From Tubulanus polymorphus (Eukaryota > Animalia > Nemertea): 64,000 nucleotides of DNA. Shown here one piece after another: positions 24,301 through 37,817 of the stretch (position 1 is the first letter of the stretch; every line of letters begins with the position of its first letter). Location: NCBI RefSeq assembly GCF_964204645.1, contig NC_134031.1, positions 21,211,910 through 21,275,909 on the forward strand, read 5' to 3'. The translations under genes and the position numbers were made by a program. The notes under the pieces are model-generated. The model saw only the letters and a program-made list of their open reading frames with translations. It did no database searches and was not told the origin of the DNA.

Positions 24301-26630
24301 ATAATATGTCACAGTCCCTGAAACGAAAGCTTGTTTGAAGTAACAGGCGGGTCCTTTACAAACGACAGATGGGTCTGGGACCTGGGACCTGGCTCTTATT
24401 GAAAACACTGTAGAATAATAAAACCCCATCCCTCCCACCCTCCCGGACCCCTTCCCTCCCGCCCTCCCTCACCCCTTCCCTCCCGCCCTCACTGACCCCT
24501 TTCCTCCCGCCCTCCCTCGACCCATCCGTCCCGCCCTCTCTCACCCCTTCCCTCCCTCCCAGACCCCTTCCCTCCCGCCCTCCCTCACCCCTTACCTCCC
24601 CCAACCCTCCCACCGTCCCGGACCCCTTCCCTCCCGCCCTCCCTCACCCCTACATCCCTCCCGTCCTCTCACCCCTTCCCTCCCACCCTCCCTCCCAGAC
24701 CCCTTCCCTCCCACCGTCCCCCACCCCAACCCTCCCGCCCTCCCTCTACCCCTTCCCCAACCCTACCCACCCTCCCTAAACCCTGTGGTTAGGTGAGTTG
24801 AATGTTCTGATGTTTTAGTTAGATGGATGGGAATCTAATGAAGATGAGAGAACATTAAATCACTGTTCAATCACAGGATGAAGTAATGCAGTGATCTGTA
24901 CTCTGTATCTGTACACAATGTTACATGTATCTGTAACTGTTCAATCAGTATGAAATAAGTACAGCAGTTTAATCTATAGAAATTCTAACTCGATACACAT
25001 GATCTGATTATCACGAAGGAACATGATTGATAACAGTTGTATTATTGACATCAGGAACCAGTTTCATATTGATTAGAAATAACATTTGAGTTGATCGCAA
25101 TTTAGAAAACCTGTAAACCCGCTTACTGAAATAACAATCCCAACCATGAACTGATTATAGCCAAATATTCATCAAAAGAAATTTGAAATGATTGAATAAC
25201 TGCAGCAGGTTTCTGAGATTTCATTTCAAAACATGGTTTATAACAAACAATATAAAATTGGTCCCTTAAAATCAATTCAACAACCGATAAATAAAGATTA
25301 ATGTTACTTCTCTTGAATTTCCACATAGGCTATAGTGATTCCTGATGTCATGCTGAATCCAAGAGTGATTCCCGTTCTGATGTTCTGTGCTAAATCCAAA
25401 AAAGTCTGGTTGTAAAACACTGATTCCTTGTTGTCCTGTGCTGAATCCAAGAATGATTCCCGATGTCCGGCGCGAAACCAAAAAAGTCTGATTGTGAAAC
25501 ACTGATCCCTTGTTGTCCTGTGCAGAATCTAAGAGTGATTCTTGTTTTCCTGTGCTGAATCAAAATCCCCGTTGAACACGTTGAAGTGATACCTATAATA
25601 GACAAATATAAGATTGTTTTCTTTCCTTAGAAATAACTGCAGAAATAACAAATCTAAAATTCAAACTTACAAATTAGATTGTTCACTCCAATCTGCAGTT
25701 CATTTATTCAAGGGGTTTTTCTATCCACAGTTTAGGTTTTGCATCTAGAGACTTGAAATATAAACAAGAAAGTAATGAAAAAATGAACAGTTTAAATATT
25801 ATCTGTTTCTGAAACCTATGAAGATCATCATCATCAATATCACAGTCGAATGGAGGCAAGTAGAGGCATCAATCCTCCTGCGGCAGGGTCTCAAACCTGA
25901 TGGCATCCAGATTGTCACGGTACGAAACCCTGCCACACTAGACCGAGTGCGCAGCAGCTACATGCGCAGCTTAGATGATGTCATTAATAGCCAATTAGAA
26001 ATTCAGTTTTATTTGAGCCCGGGTTTACCCATTTATAGTTCTTCTGTGAAATTTACATCAGCGATTAACGAGCAATCTGTTTGGTGCCGCAAGATTTCGC
26101 GCGGTAAAGCTGCCCATGTACCTGCGCACCCGGTCTAGTGTGGCAGGGGTTGGTACCGTGGCTGAGTGTAGCGAGCGATGTCATCAGGTTCAAATCCCTC
26201 CCATGGGAGGATGTTGGTGTCCCACATGTTTGGACTGCGATTAATAGGCCTATAGGTTAAGCGACAGATGAAATAAACTTACACTGTTTTCACTGTTTGA
26301 TGTAATCAGTCGATGGAATCATTTTAGAACAAATTCATTACAAAACAGCGAGGTGAAGCCCATCGTGATCTAGAAATATCAGGATGGAATGACGTCGATA
26401 TGCTCGACTGAGCGCCACCATATGTGCACTGTTTGAAGGATGTGACTCTGAAATAATATGATTTCCCACAATATCTGAGATGGAATATTTTTCGCCATTT
26501 AAACCAATGTTACAAACACTTACCAAATATTGAAATACTGATTTCAGGGGTCGGGAAGGAGGGTGGCAATGTTTGTATTAGGTGAGGTTTTTGCTTAATT
26601 TCGTGTTGGTTAAGCACGCCATTTTGATAT
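19407..26630 (-). ncRNA. Predicted spliced transcript TU3, 3'-truncated by deletion
   Basis: Same promoter and exons; terminal exon and polyA signal removed at the 19406 junction. Confidence 0.5.
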
Positions 26631-28928
26631 TGCGTCATAGTGTACCTCAGATTGGGATTCCCGCCGCTAGACTGGTCACCGCCACATGTACTCGCAGGTA
26701 GAAATGGCAACCAGTCTATTGCAGGTCTCGGCTTCTTTTCGATTTGATTTTATATTCTACGCAATATTCAAAGAATTTATTCTAATGAAAACCACACTCT
26801 TTGCCAATGTAATCATTCGTTCCAAGGTTTCCGGAATTACTACTTTAGTTCACAGAAATTCCGCTGTCGTTATTCATTGGGGCAGCACTGAACGGTTGAA
26901 TCTGATGCAGTCTTGCTATTTGAAATTAATAACTGTACCAACATTTGAGCTTTATATAAGGAGAGTAAATGGTATGATAGAATCTCCCTAATTCCGATCA
27001 TTGGGACCAACAAAATTCATCCGTTTTACGGCAAATCCGGATTAAAAGTCATTTTCGTGTATATTAATGATTAAATTGACCGTATATATTATCCGGATTA
27101 GACCAAAATTCGGATTAAGCCGATGCGGATTAAACGATTTAGTTTGACTGTATTAGCCAATAGAATCAGTCTTCACCCATCGAACTGGCCCCAGGGCACT
27201 AAAATTACCAAGAAACAAACATTGACGAGTGTTAGCCTGTTTAATAAACGCAGAAACCCTTGTTTTGGCCTGTTTAATAAACGCAGAAACCCTAGTTTTG
27301 GCCTGTTTAATAAACGCAGAAACCCTAGTGTTGGCCTGTATAATAAACGCAGAAACCCTAGTGTTGGCCTGGTGAATAAACGCAGAAACCCTAGTTTTGG
27401 CCTTTTTAATAAACGCCGAAACCCTAGTTTTGGCCTGGTGAATAAACGCAGAAACCCTAGTTTTGGCCTGCTGAATAAACGCAGAAACCCTTGTGTTGGC
27501 CTGTTTAATAAACGCAGAAACCCTAGTTTTGGCCTGCTGAATAAACGCAGAAACCCTTGTGTTGGCCTGTTTAATAAACGCAGAAACCCTTGTGTTGGCC
27601 TGTTTAATAAACGCAGAAACCCTAGTGTTGGCCTGTTAATAAACGCAGAAACCCTAGTTTTGGCCTGGTGAATAAACGCAGAAACCCTAGTTTTGGCCTG
27701 TTTAATAAACGCAGAAACCCTAGTGTTGGCCTGGTGAATAAACGCAGTAACCCTAGTGTTGGCCTGTTAATAAACGCAGAAACCCTAGTTTTGGCCTGTT
27801 TAATAAACGCAGAAACCCTAGTTTTGGCCCGGTGAATAAACGCAGAAACCTTAGTTTTGGCCTGGTGAATAAACGCAGTAACCCTAGTGTTGGCCTGTTT
27901 AATAAACGCAGAAACCCTAGTTTTGGCCTGTTTAATAAACGCAGAAATCCTAGTTTTGGCCTGGTAAATAAACGCAGAAACCCTAGTGTTGGCCTGTTTA
28001 ATAAACGCAGAAACCCTAGTTTTGGCCTGGTGAATAAACGCAGAAACCCTAGTTTTGGCCTGGTGAATAAACGCAGAAACCCTAGTGTTGGCCTGTTTAA
28101 TAAACGCAGAAATCCTAGTTTTGGCCTGTTTAATAAACGCAGAAACCCTAGTTTTGGCCTGGTGAATAAACGCAGAAACCCTAGTTTTGGCCTGTTTAAT
28201 AAACGCAGTAACCCTAGTGTTGGCCTGTTTAATAAACTCAGAAACCCTAGTGTTGGCCTGTTTAATAAACGCAGAAACCCTAGTGTTGGCCTGTTTAATA
28301 AACGCAGAAACCCTAGTGTTGGCCTGTTTAATAAACGCAGAAACCCTAGTGTTGGCCTGTTACCACACTGACCACACACATTCACAAACCAAGGCAGGCA
28401 CCAGAACTCAGCGGTCTAGTGGTTAGCGTGCTCGGCCGGCATGCTGGAGGTCGCCGGTTCGAGTCCTGCTAGGGTTAGGGTTACGTTCGATCTAGGGTTA
28501 GGGTTAGTGCCTCAGGTTGGGGCTAATTTTTGGCCCAGCGAGGTATTTGTAGTACGATGATCATCTGTTTGCCTCAGGTTATTTTTTTGTCAATAGATTC
28601 TATACTAACTTATATATTTTGAACACATATATTTGCTTTATCTAGTGGAGGCCACTTTATTTAAAAGATACTTCGCTCAATACAGTTGTTTATTTCTAAA
28701 TGAATAAAAGAGTTGGTGACATTATTCAATATATATAAAAACCACAATATCTACTTTAAGGTTGGTATGCAACAATTTCCACTCTTTTCCATAGGTATCG
28801 CTTTGGATAAATGTCTATATCTCTTGGCCCAATGGACCGATTACGATTAAACTTGATACAGGAACTTTTATCAAGTAGCACTCGGGGTGGGTGAAATCGC
28901 TCTAGGTTGAAGTTACACTGTCCTAAAT
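21338..28928. repeat. Segmental duplication copy C, first part
   Basis: Colinear with A 14-6772; homology stops after GTTACACTGTCCTAAA. Confidence 0.93.
27227..28361. repeat. 33-bp minisatellite, ~34 units (2-3 units in other copies)
   Basis: Unit AAACGCAGAAACCCTAGTGTTGGCCTGTTTAAT. Confidence 0.97.
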
Positions 28929-31456
28929 TGGGTTGGCGAGTCAGGTGCTATTACCTATTGTTTGGGCCTATTTTGCCTTTGTTGAGGCTATTTCATGATT
29001 CCTGTCGTCCCCTAAATGCCATTTTGGTGGAAAAAGGGTAATTTATTATTGGCGTCGATGGGGTCTTAATAGAGAATTGTTTTTATCACAAAAATGATAG
29101 CGTTTCGACAGTTTACAAATAAGATAAACTTTTTCGACTTTTACAGAAGTAAACCGTATGACGTAAACATCAAGCGATTAAAATATTCACTTAAGTTTTA
29201 TTCAGCAAAAAATCATCGAGTTTATTTTGTACGTTACAATTAAGTTCTTCAATTAAACAACTTAGTATTAAAAAAATGATGGTTGGATTTATAATTTTCA
29301 ATATAAATGGCGGAACTTACTTTTTACAATATTGAATAATTCGATGGTTTAAAAAATACTAATAGAAAAGGAGAAATGGAAGATGAAATGAAATAATTTT
29401 CAGATTGACTAGAGAGATTGAGATCTTCTGGTGTTCTACATCTTATGTTCAAAATACACGTATTTATTATAATGGTACCTGGTTTATCGTGGGCTGATTA
29501 TATGTACAGTCCGTCTGATATTCAAAGTTTAACAAAATCTGATAAACACGTAGTCCAAAAACTGGGCCCTATAAGTGTCACTTTCGTAATCTTAATTTGC
29601 TCTAACTGACATTGAACCACATAACTACGTGATAGGGGGAAATGTTCGTATTCTCAAAGCGTGGATTCCCGAACATCATCTACGGTGAATCAAACAGTGA
29701 ATCGGTCGATACCGTATACAACTAGTGAAGATGGAGAAATTCAAATTTGATCAGTGTCATTAATTCAAGTCAATTACAGATAATACAGTCGTCTGTCAAC
29801 AAAACGGTTACTATTATCAGACACCAGCTGTCCTTGTACAACAACGCGCGTCACACATATAGACAATACAGATGTAGAACGATAACCACACTCAAACGTG
29901 ATGAACGGATAATAAGATAAAATCCCAATATTAACAGATTAAAATAGTGGGATTTTATCTTAATACAGATGTTTATTACTGTAGAAATTGTTTTTTAATT
30001 TCGAGGTTTTACTTGAAAAAGCCGCCATCTTGATTTTGACCTTTTAAAGAACATTTCACATTTAAAATGTAGTTTTAGATTTAAATAGCTATATCAGGAA
30101 TAAAACACGTTATTGATAGTTTATATCATTATGATGATATTTATGTAAAGAAGACAGGTTCTGTTACGGGTGATGAAGCTCTGCAGTTTTACACCCGGAG
30201 ACGGTTTAGGACGGCGTCCAGAATAGACTGAACGAGCTCCAGAGTGTGGAAGGTTTTTCTATTGTATCGAGTTTGCCGGGTTTTGATCGTCAGTTTGTAC
30301 GTAAACATCGACCATGATTTGTGGAACATCACGTATTGTATTCTAATTTATATCTTGAGTGTAAAAAAAACGTGAAATTTATTTTAGATTAACACAATAT
30401 ATTTCTCAAGTTGAGTGTGAACTGTTGGTTTGATCTGAATGCTGTGGAACACAATATCTGAGTGACTGTTAAAACCCTTCCAGGATTGGCACTGTCCCCC
30501 ACAGATGATTTTGATGAAACCAATGTCTCTAGTAAACTTTGCATCATTCAGAATCTACTCAACCAAAATAAATAAACTTGAAACCAAATTTTAGAATCTA
30601 CAGGGCTTCATTTCTGAATGATTGTTTTTGTTTTGACTGGTGCGTTGTCATGGTGATGGCGAGGTGATATTCTGGATCCGATGTCTGGAAAAATAGTAAT
30701 TCCTCAAAACAGAGCCAAATTTCATACTGAAATCAATAACTACACTTATTTTCATCGATATGATAATGAAATGAGTTTATTTGAGCAAAATACGTTATAG
30801 AAATTTATCACAGAAATATAGAACTTGTCGATGTCGGCCGCGCCCCGCTGATAAACTAGGTGAAATACCTATTGTGAGTCACCGATTTAAGTTTTTAAGT
30901 TTCTTTGTTTGAAATACCGGTATTTTATTGGGAATATTTTTCACATAATTTTTCTGTGAACTATTGCACGGAAATCGCTACAAATTCCTAATTTCGTGGT
31001 ATTATTTCCCGCAACTATCAATTCGGAGCGGCATTTAAAGTCTACCGCGGGCACTATCGTGAACTCTTTAGTTGGTGCCCGGAGCGCTAATGCCCCTGAG
31101 TCCTAGTCGACCTCGATCTGCGCGGACTACAGAACTAGCCCTCCCAAGTGGAGTATGTCCCATTTAAGAATGATGGCGGACGAATCAATCGAAATTTACA
31201 CTTGAAATATTCTAAATATTTCAAGTGTAAATTTCGAGTGTAAAGCTTCTCTTTCAACGACGAAGCAACAAAATGTCTTCAAACCATTTCAACATTGAAA
31301 TACAGTAAGTAACTTTACTTATGAATCGAATACTTTTTTTGTACGGTTGAAGGTGATTCGAGATGAAAGGTGTCGGAACACAGGGGCTTGTCACAATGAA
31401 TTCCGTCACAATTTGATGGACGGATGGATGACACCAGTTGCCAGTATCCCTATCTA

Positions 31457-31571
31457 GGTATGACTGCAGTTTCGGTGTCCCTAATGGTATGTACCTAACC
31501 TTACCATAACACTATTCTTTAATAACACTAGCGCCACCCAGTGGATAGGTGACCCAAACTGCAGTTAGCCC
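31457..31571. mobile_element. Independent inverted insertion of the same Merlin-like MITE
   Basis: Reverse complement of 5000-5115, flanked by CCCTATCTA duplication (8-9 bp). Confidence 0.85.
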
Positions 31572-31795
31572 CCCTATCTATATAAGGATACTGGTGTGGT
31601 CCATCCTCAATCAAATTGTGATAAGCTCCTGTGTGTTGGACATAAAACACTCGGGTTTAACCGCCATGTCGAGCTGATGCGTGTAAAACTGTCGGCCGAC
31701 ATTCAAGATACAATTAGTAAAATGTATGAATAATATCAAGTGTGGATCGAGGCCTAATATAAACTATTACTATCAATACAGATGGAGCATTTGAG

Positions 31796-31896
31796 CAGGG
31801 ACTTGACACAAAAGCATTTTGACCCCAGTATCCTAGGTACTATATATAAAAAGACTGAGGATACTGGGGTCAAAATCTTTTTGTGTCAAGTCCCTG
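31796..31896. mobile_element. 101-bp palindromic MITE with CAGGG..CCCTG (hAT-like) ends; also 49616-49716
   Basis: ~39-bp inverted arms CAGGGACTTGACACAAAAG..CCCCAGTATCCT. Confidence 0.75.
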
Positions 31897-34628
31897 TAAT
31901 TGCTATCAACACAGATGGAGAATTTGACCCCGCGGATACCCTTGATTTTATAGTGCTTTCTCTGACAGGTTTCTATGTTTATTTCAGGGTGATGCTCTAC
32001 TAATTAACTGCAGTCATGCAGGAAGTTCAAGAAATAACTGTTTGCAATGAAGTGAACAAGTGATCCCTCGATTCAGGTAGATATATCTTAGGCCCTAATC
32101 ACAGACCTCTAGAAACTAAATAGTGTCAGTGGTGTTTTAAAACTGAGTTAACCAAAATCCAAGTAGGTTTTCAGCGCCGTTCTCAAATCATTGAAAGCTT
32201 GTCAAAGATTGCGGCTCAATTTACTGTGTTTGGGACTAAACAAAAATTTTGCTGCGATGAAATTTACTGTGGAAATATCAAACATGTTTGAATGGTGCGA
32301 TTCACCTGCTGCTGAGCAACGAACACGCTGCAAATTTCATTGTGAAATCTGTAATTTCAGACGGTGTGGGAATAAATTCATATAGTGTTCCCTGCTCTAA
32401 GTCTGAACCAATTTACCGTTAAGTCTTGTATGAAAAAAAGATTGTAACACTGAAAATTCTTGGCACTAAAAGCATTTTGAATCTTGTTGAATCTGTTTTC
32501 ATTTTTTATCTGATGAAGAAATAATGATTTTCAGTGTTTTGTATTATTTCAGATGTAGGCGTAACGCTAGAGTTTTGTTTATTCTACTCAAAAGAAGGTG
32601 ATGTTTAGATCAGGTTCGTTTAGTTACTCTTATTCATGTCGAATATTTGATATGATTTTTGTGAATTGCTCTAATGATGTTATAATGAACGTTGTTTGAT
32701 TTATTTTCAGTCTAATGGGGGAGGATCTCAATAACTGAAACCTGCGACACGTCTACACCTGAAATTGACTGCACGTCAAATGAATGAATTATTGATTCTA
32801 AATGACTGTGATGTTTCATGCTGATTGGAGGATTTGGAGGAATGTCTCAGGTTCGAACCCAGTGACTGTGTTGCGATGTCCCAGGTTCAAACCCAGTGAT
32901 TCTGATCAGATGATGAACCAAGGTGTCTTATTACTTCACATACATTAGTTACATGTTCGCCACCTCTTGGAATTTTGCTGAACCACTAAATTACTGGAAA
33001 AGCTAATTGCGACGATTGGCAAAATGAGTTACATATCGCAGGCGCCATCTATCGGAAATTTGAGTTGTGAACTTTTGATCTGAAAACATTTTATCACAAA
33101 ATCTGAGTGACTAAAAGCCCTCCAGGGATGGGGCAGTGAAGTTTACCATCAGTACTGAAACTCTAACTTTGCATCATTCAAAATCTACTCAACCAATATA
33201 AACAAACTTTTAACCAAATATAAGAATCTACAGGGCTTCATTTCTGAATGATTGTTGTTTGTTTTGACTGCTGCGTTGTCATGGTGATGGCAAGGTGAAT
33301 TTCTGGATCCGATTTCTGGAAAATTAGTAATTCCTCAAAACAGAGCCAAATTTCAAACTGAAATGAATAACTACACTAATTTTCATTGATATGATAACAA
33401 AATGAATTTATTTGAGCAAAATATTTCATAGAAATATAAAATTAACCTCGAATGATGATACTGGAGGCTGTAATGTTGAGTCCGGCTGACCCCTAGATAC
33501 TTCAGACCTCACAGATGATGATGAAAACTGTCATGAAAACTGTGTTCTTCCCTTCTTCAGAATCAAGCTATAAATTATGAAAAGATATTTGCATTATTTA
33601 CTTAAAAGTGTCATTATTGCTTAGGCTACATTCTGCTTTCATCAATATCAATATCTATAAGCCTATGTGCCCCTAGAGGAACCTTATCTATTTTCTGAAT
33701 TGATAATCAATGGAGTTTCAATGCACCTTATTTCTTATGCATCATCTATGGGAAATATAGAATGAAATTTATTCAATGAATTAAACTCTGTGTCCGTGAT
33801 TCGAACCCTGTAACTTGCCATTGGATGTTGAAGGAGAGGATTTTTCCCGGGTTCCAGCGTCCGCATATTTGACACCAAATTTCACAAAATTTTCTTTCCA
33901 AACAAAAACTAACTCATTTTTACTATAGAATCAATCTTATATAGGTCTATGTAGTGTTTGTTAATGGAAATAAATAGAAATATATTTTTAAATAGACGAT
34001 TATTTCTTTATATTATGGTCTGATGGTGCATGGTCTTTTGGTCTCTTCTTTTCCCTGCTTAGGATAGCGGACACACAGCAGGAAAACTGGAATAATCATT
34101 TGTCACATCCCAAACACCACCGTCCCCAGACGCGCGTCCGCATGTGGTATAAGTCAAACCTCGGACTACATAAATCGCTACCTGGGTTCAAGTTGACATG
34201 TTTGATTGAGTTTGGACACTTATTCGATCAGTAACTTTGAGCCTTTATTTCGCTTCTCTTGCCCCATCCCCGACCAGTACATGGCGCCTAATCGTATATC
34301 AAAGGAGTCTCATCTACGAACCTGTTCGTTGTACGTTCGTCGCCCGATAGAATCGAGAGAGTTTTGCCCTCCATATGATTTCTACATAATGATATGCTGC
34401 AGTCACATGTATCTATTGTCTCATGCGCGACGCCGTAAATGAGATCACAAACATAGACCCGTCCAGTGAGAGGGTAGTCGCATCTTCAAGTTCCTTTTTT
34501 ACAGATATCATTAAAAACGGCGATAAACCTTCATAAACACCCCTAAAACCACAATAAGTAAAGTATCGAGGGTGAAACTATCCCCGGCTCGATATTTCAA
34601 GATATATGTATCAAATGGACCCATCCCG

Positions 34629-34870
34629 CATCCCGCTGTCGCAATAGCTCATCCCCCTATTGTTGCAACACAATAGAACACGCCACAATTGAAATATCCC
34701 GCGCACTAGCAATAGACGATATCCCCCAATTGAGATCGATTAGCCAATCAGCGGCCGCGAACTGAAGCGTGTCTGGGCTTGTCGCAGGCGCCGGGAAATT
34801 CGATTTCATCGAATAAATCGTAATATCAATCGAATCGTGCGCCATCTTTCGCTATTCTGATTGGATTTTA
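34629..34870. promoter_or_regulatory. Putative CpG-rich promoter core
   Basis: CCAAT boxes, repeated CAATAG/CTATTGTT (SOX-like), CCGGGAAA, GCCATCTT (YY1-like); core almost identical to 52640-52814. Confidence 0.55.
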
Positions 34871-35535
34871 GTCGGAAAGGAATTAATCCAATCGGGAATC
34901 GTATGTTCATTACGGAGAAATTGTTTTTGGAAAGTTTTAAAATTGTATGAACTAAAAAAATTGGAACATTTTCAACCGAACTTTGATAGAAAATTTCGCC
35001 TGAAAACTAGATTTTAAAGACTTGGACACAGAATTAAATTGACTCAGGATTGGATTAACTATGAAATAACTGGATCAGGTCGGAAACTAGTGAAAAGGTG
35101 CAGTTTTGTAGGTAGGAAAATTTCTTAATATCAACGACTGTAATCATGTTATTTGGGTTTTTATAGAAATATATTAGTATCATTATAGGAAGTTTACAGA
35201 TATCTTAAACATTCAGAACGTAGGATACAGAACTTCACTACCCGAATTATATACGTAATCTAGTATATAAGTTCGTTGATACGTTATCAAAACGTTCAGC
35301 CGTTTATTTTTCTTACCGATTCTAAATACCCCTCCTTTTCAAATGGGCTAGATATAATATTCATATTTTGTTTTTATGCGTGACTTTGCATGAAACTCAT
35401 TTTTCTTAAGTCACTTGAACGTGATGATGTTGAGCAGCAGGGCTTTCAAAATATAAGTTGCGGCTATGTCAGCCGTCGCATCCTACTCCCGCCTAAGTCA
35501 AATTTCATTCATCACTCAACACTAGTTTGTTAGAA

Positions 35536-35537
<2 letters not shown>

Positions 35538-35579
<42 letters not shown>

Positions 35580-35635
35580 TGATAATGATAATGATAATGA
35601 TAATGATAATGATAATGATAATGATAATGATAATG

Positions 35636-35670
<35 letters not shown>

Positions 35671-35792
35671 GATGATGATGATGATGATGATGATGATAAT
35701 AATAATAATAATAATAATAATAATATATCTTTATTGTCAGAGAATATTCTCGTATGACACATACAAATATAAATATAAACGGATACAGTTAG
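35538..35792 (-). mobile_element. 5'-truncated retroposon 3' end with compound (AAT)n(GATAAT)n(GAT)n(AAT)n tail
   Basis: Absent from paralogues (GAAATTAATAACT); minus strand reads ...AATAAAGATAT(ATT)n; TAATAA flanks both sides. Confidence 0.7.
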
Positions 35793-37715
35793 TAATAACT
35801 GTACCAACATTAGAGCTTTATATAAGGAGAGTAAATGGTATGATAGAATCTCCCTAATTCCGATCATTGGGACCAACAAAATTCATCCGTTTTACGGCAA
35901 ATCCGGATTAAAAGTCATTTTCGTGTATATGAATGAATAAATTGACTGTAAATATTATCCGGATTAGACCAAAATTCGGATTAAGCCGATGCGGATTAAA
36001 CGATTTAGTTTGACTGTATTAGCCAATAGAATCAGTCTTGGAATACAGAAAGACGTTCACGATTGAGTTATGTACAAATACCGATATGAGAAAAGCTTAG
36101 ATTCACCTCCTAAGCCATCACCCATGGAAATGGCCCCAGGGCACTAAAAAGGCAATTACCAAGAAACAAACACTGACGCGAGTGTTGGCCTGTTTGATAA
36201 ACGCAGTAACCCTAGTGTTGGCCTTGTACCACACTGACCACACGTATTCACAAATTAAGTCAGACACCAGAACTCAGCGGTCTGGTGGTTAGCGTGCTCT
36301 GCTGGCGAGCTGGAGGTCGCAGGTTCGAGTCCTGCTAGGGTTAGGGTTACGGTCGATCTAGGTTTAGGGTTAGTGCCTCAGGCCGGGGCTAATTTTTGGC
36401 CCAGCGAGGTATTTGTAGTACGATGATCATCTGTTTGACTCGGGTTATTTTTTGGTCAATAGATTCTATACTAACTTATATATTTTGAACACAAATATTT
36501 GCTTTATCCTTAGAAGCCACTTTATTTAAAAGATACTTCGCTCAATACAGTAGTTTATTTCTGAATGAATGAAAGAGTTGGTGACATTATTCAATATATA
36601 TAAAAACCACAATATCTACTTTACGGTTGGTATGCAACAATTTCCACTCTTTTCCATAGGTGTCGCTTTGGATAAATGTCTATATCTCTTGACCCAATGG
36701 ACCGATTACGATTAAACTTGATACACAGGAACTTTTATCAAGTAGCACTCGGGGTGGGTGAAATCGCTCTAGGTTGAAGTTACACTGTCCTAAAATGGCT
36801 CCAAACAACGTGAAATTGGTAGTTAGGCCTACTACGAGTACGGGTAGAACACAGTTTGAAATCGTATCGTTGTAGGTTATCGTAAAGAAGATGAATCCGT
36901 AGGCACCTAATACGACGATTAACAGTACAAATATCGATATAGACACGCGGTTTTAGTCGAGACATTGATCGCCGGGTTTAAACATTCCTAGATATGACCA
37001 TGTTTCACAATTAAATTCATCTTCTAAATGAGGACGACCATCGATCACGTGTCTAATCGCATCATAATGGGTACGGGGTGTCCCGCGTTCGAACCAAGTA
37101 ATTACTGATACTGGTTCAGAGTGGTATTGATACTGAATAGAGGATGTACAGGGGTATCCCGAGTTCGAACCCAGTAATTACTGATACTGATTCAGAGAGG
37201 TCCTGATGCTGATTTGATGATGTACAGGGGTGTCCCGGGTTCGAACTCAGTCCAAGTTGTCCTGATGCTGAATGGAGGATGTACAGGGGTGTCCCGACCG
37301 TACGGTTCTGCCGCTATGCTCATCGTTAGCGGGATTTCCATACACTAACTGAAGTCAACTCTGGCAATCGTCGTGCTGTCCAGTTATACTCCGTAACCCT
37401 TGCTTGCCAGAGTTGACTAACGTTAGTGTATGAAAATCCCGCTACCGATGAGCATAGAGGCAGCACCGTACGGTAAAATGTTGATATCTTAACAAAAGTA
37501 ATTACTGATAACTGATTCTGAATGGAGGATGTTCAGGGGTATCCCGGGTTCGAACCCAGTAATTACTGATACTGGTTCAGAGTGGTCTTGATACTGAATA
37601 GAGGATGTACAGGGGTGTCCTGGGTTCGACCCCGCCACGAAAAATGATTAAATAACGCACACACGACTTACAGCAACATTTATCTATATGTATTCCTCAT
37701 TGACATGTAACACAC

Positions 37716-37817
37716 CAGGACCCAGTTCCACAGTTGTGAGTTTGGGGTAACCCATTGAAAATGAAATAACTTTAACTCAGAGTTAACTCTAACTCACAAC
37801 TGTGGAACTGGGTCCTG
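37716..37817. mobile_element. ~100-bp MITE at a CWG target (PIF/Harbinger-like)
   Basis: IR CAGGACCCAGTTCCACAGTTGTGAGTT; empty site CACCTGCC at ~7961. Confidence 0.8.

Larger units (their letters stand above)
31170..33000 (+). ncRNA. Possible plus-strand spliced non-coding transcript in block X
   Basis: GATGGCGG near start; donor GTAAGT 31305; exons 31988-32076 and 32553-32613 and acceptor at 32710 with TTTCAG signals; no ORF; 3' end not defined. Confidence 0.35.
28929..35400. repeat. Block X; ~30500-35110 duplicated at ~48876-53070
   Basis: Shared sequence, e.g. 30500-32830 vs 48880-51080 and 34180-35110 vs 51985-53070; a ~300-bp module recurs at ~30535, 33165, 48912, 51425. Confidence 0.85.

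Noticed and set aside
27227-28361. CRISPR array
   Set aside because: Head-to-tail repeats with no unique spacers, no cas genes, eukaryotic context; the same applies to the 37-, 40- and 100-bp repeats
35505-35879. Poly-N/D, poly-IM and poly-LS ORFs
   Set aside because: Translations of a microsatellite
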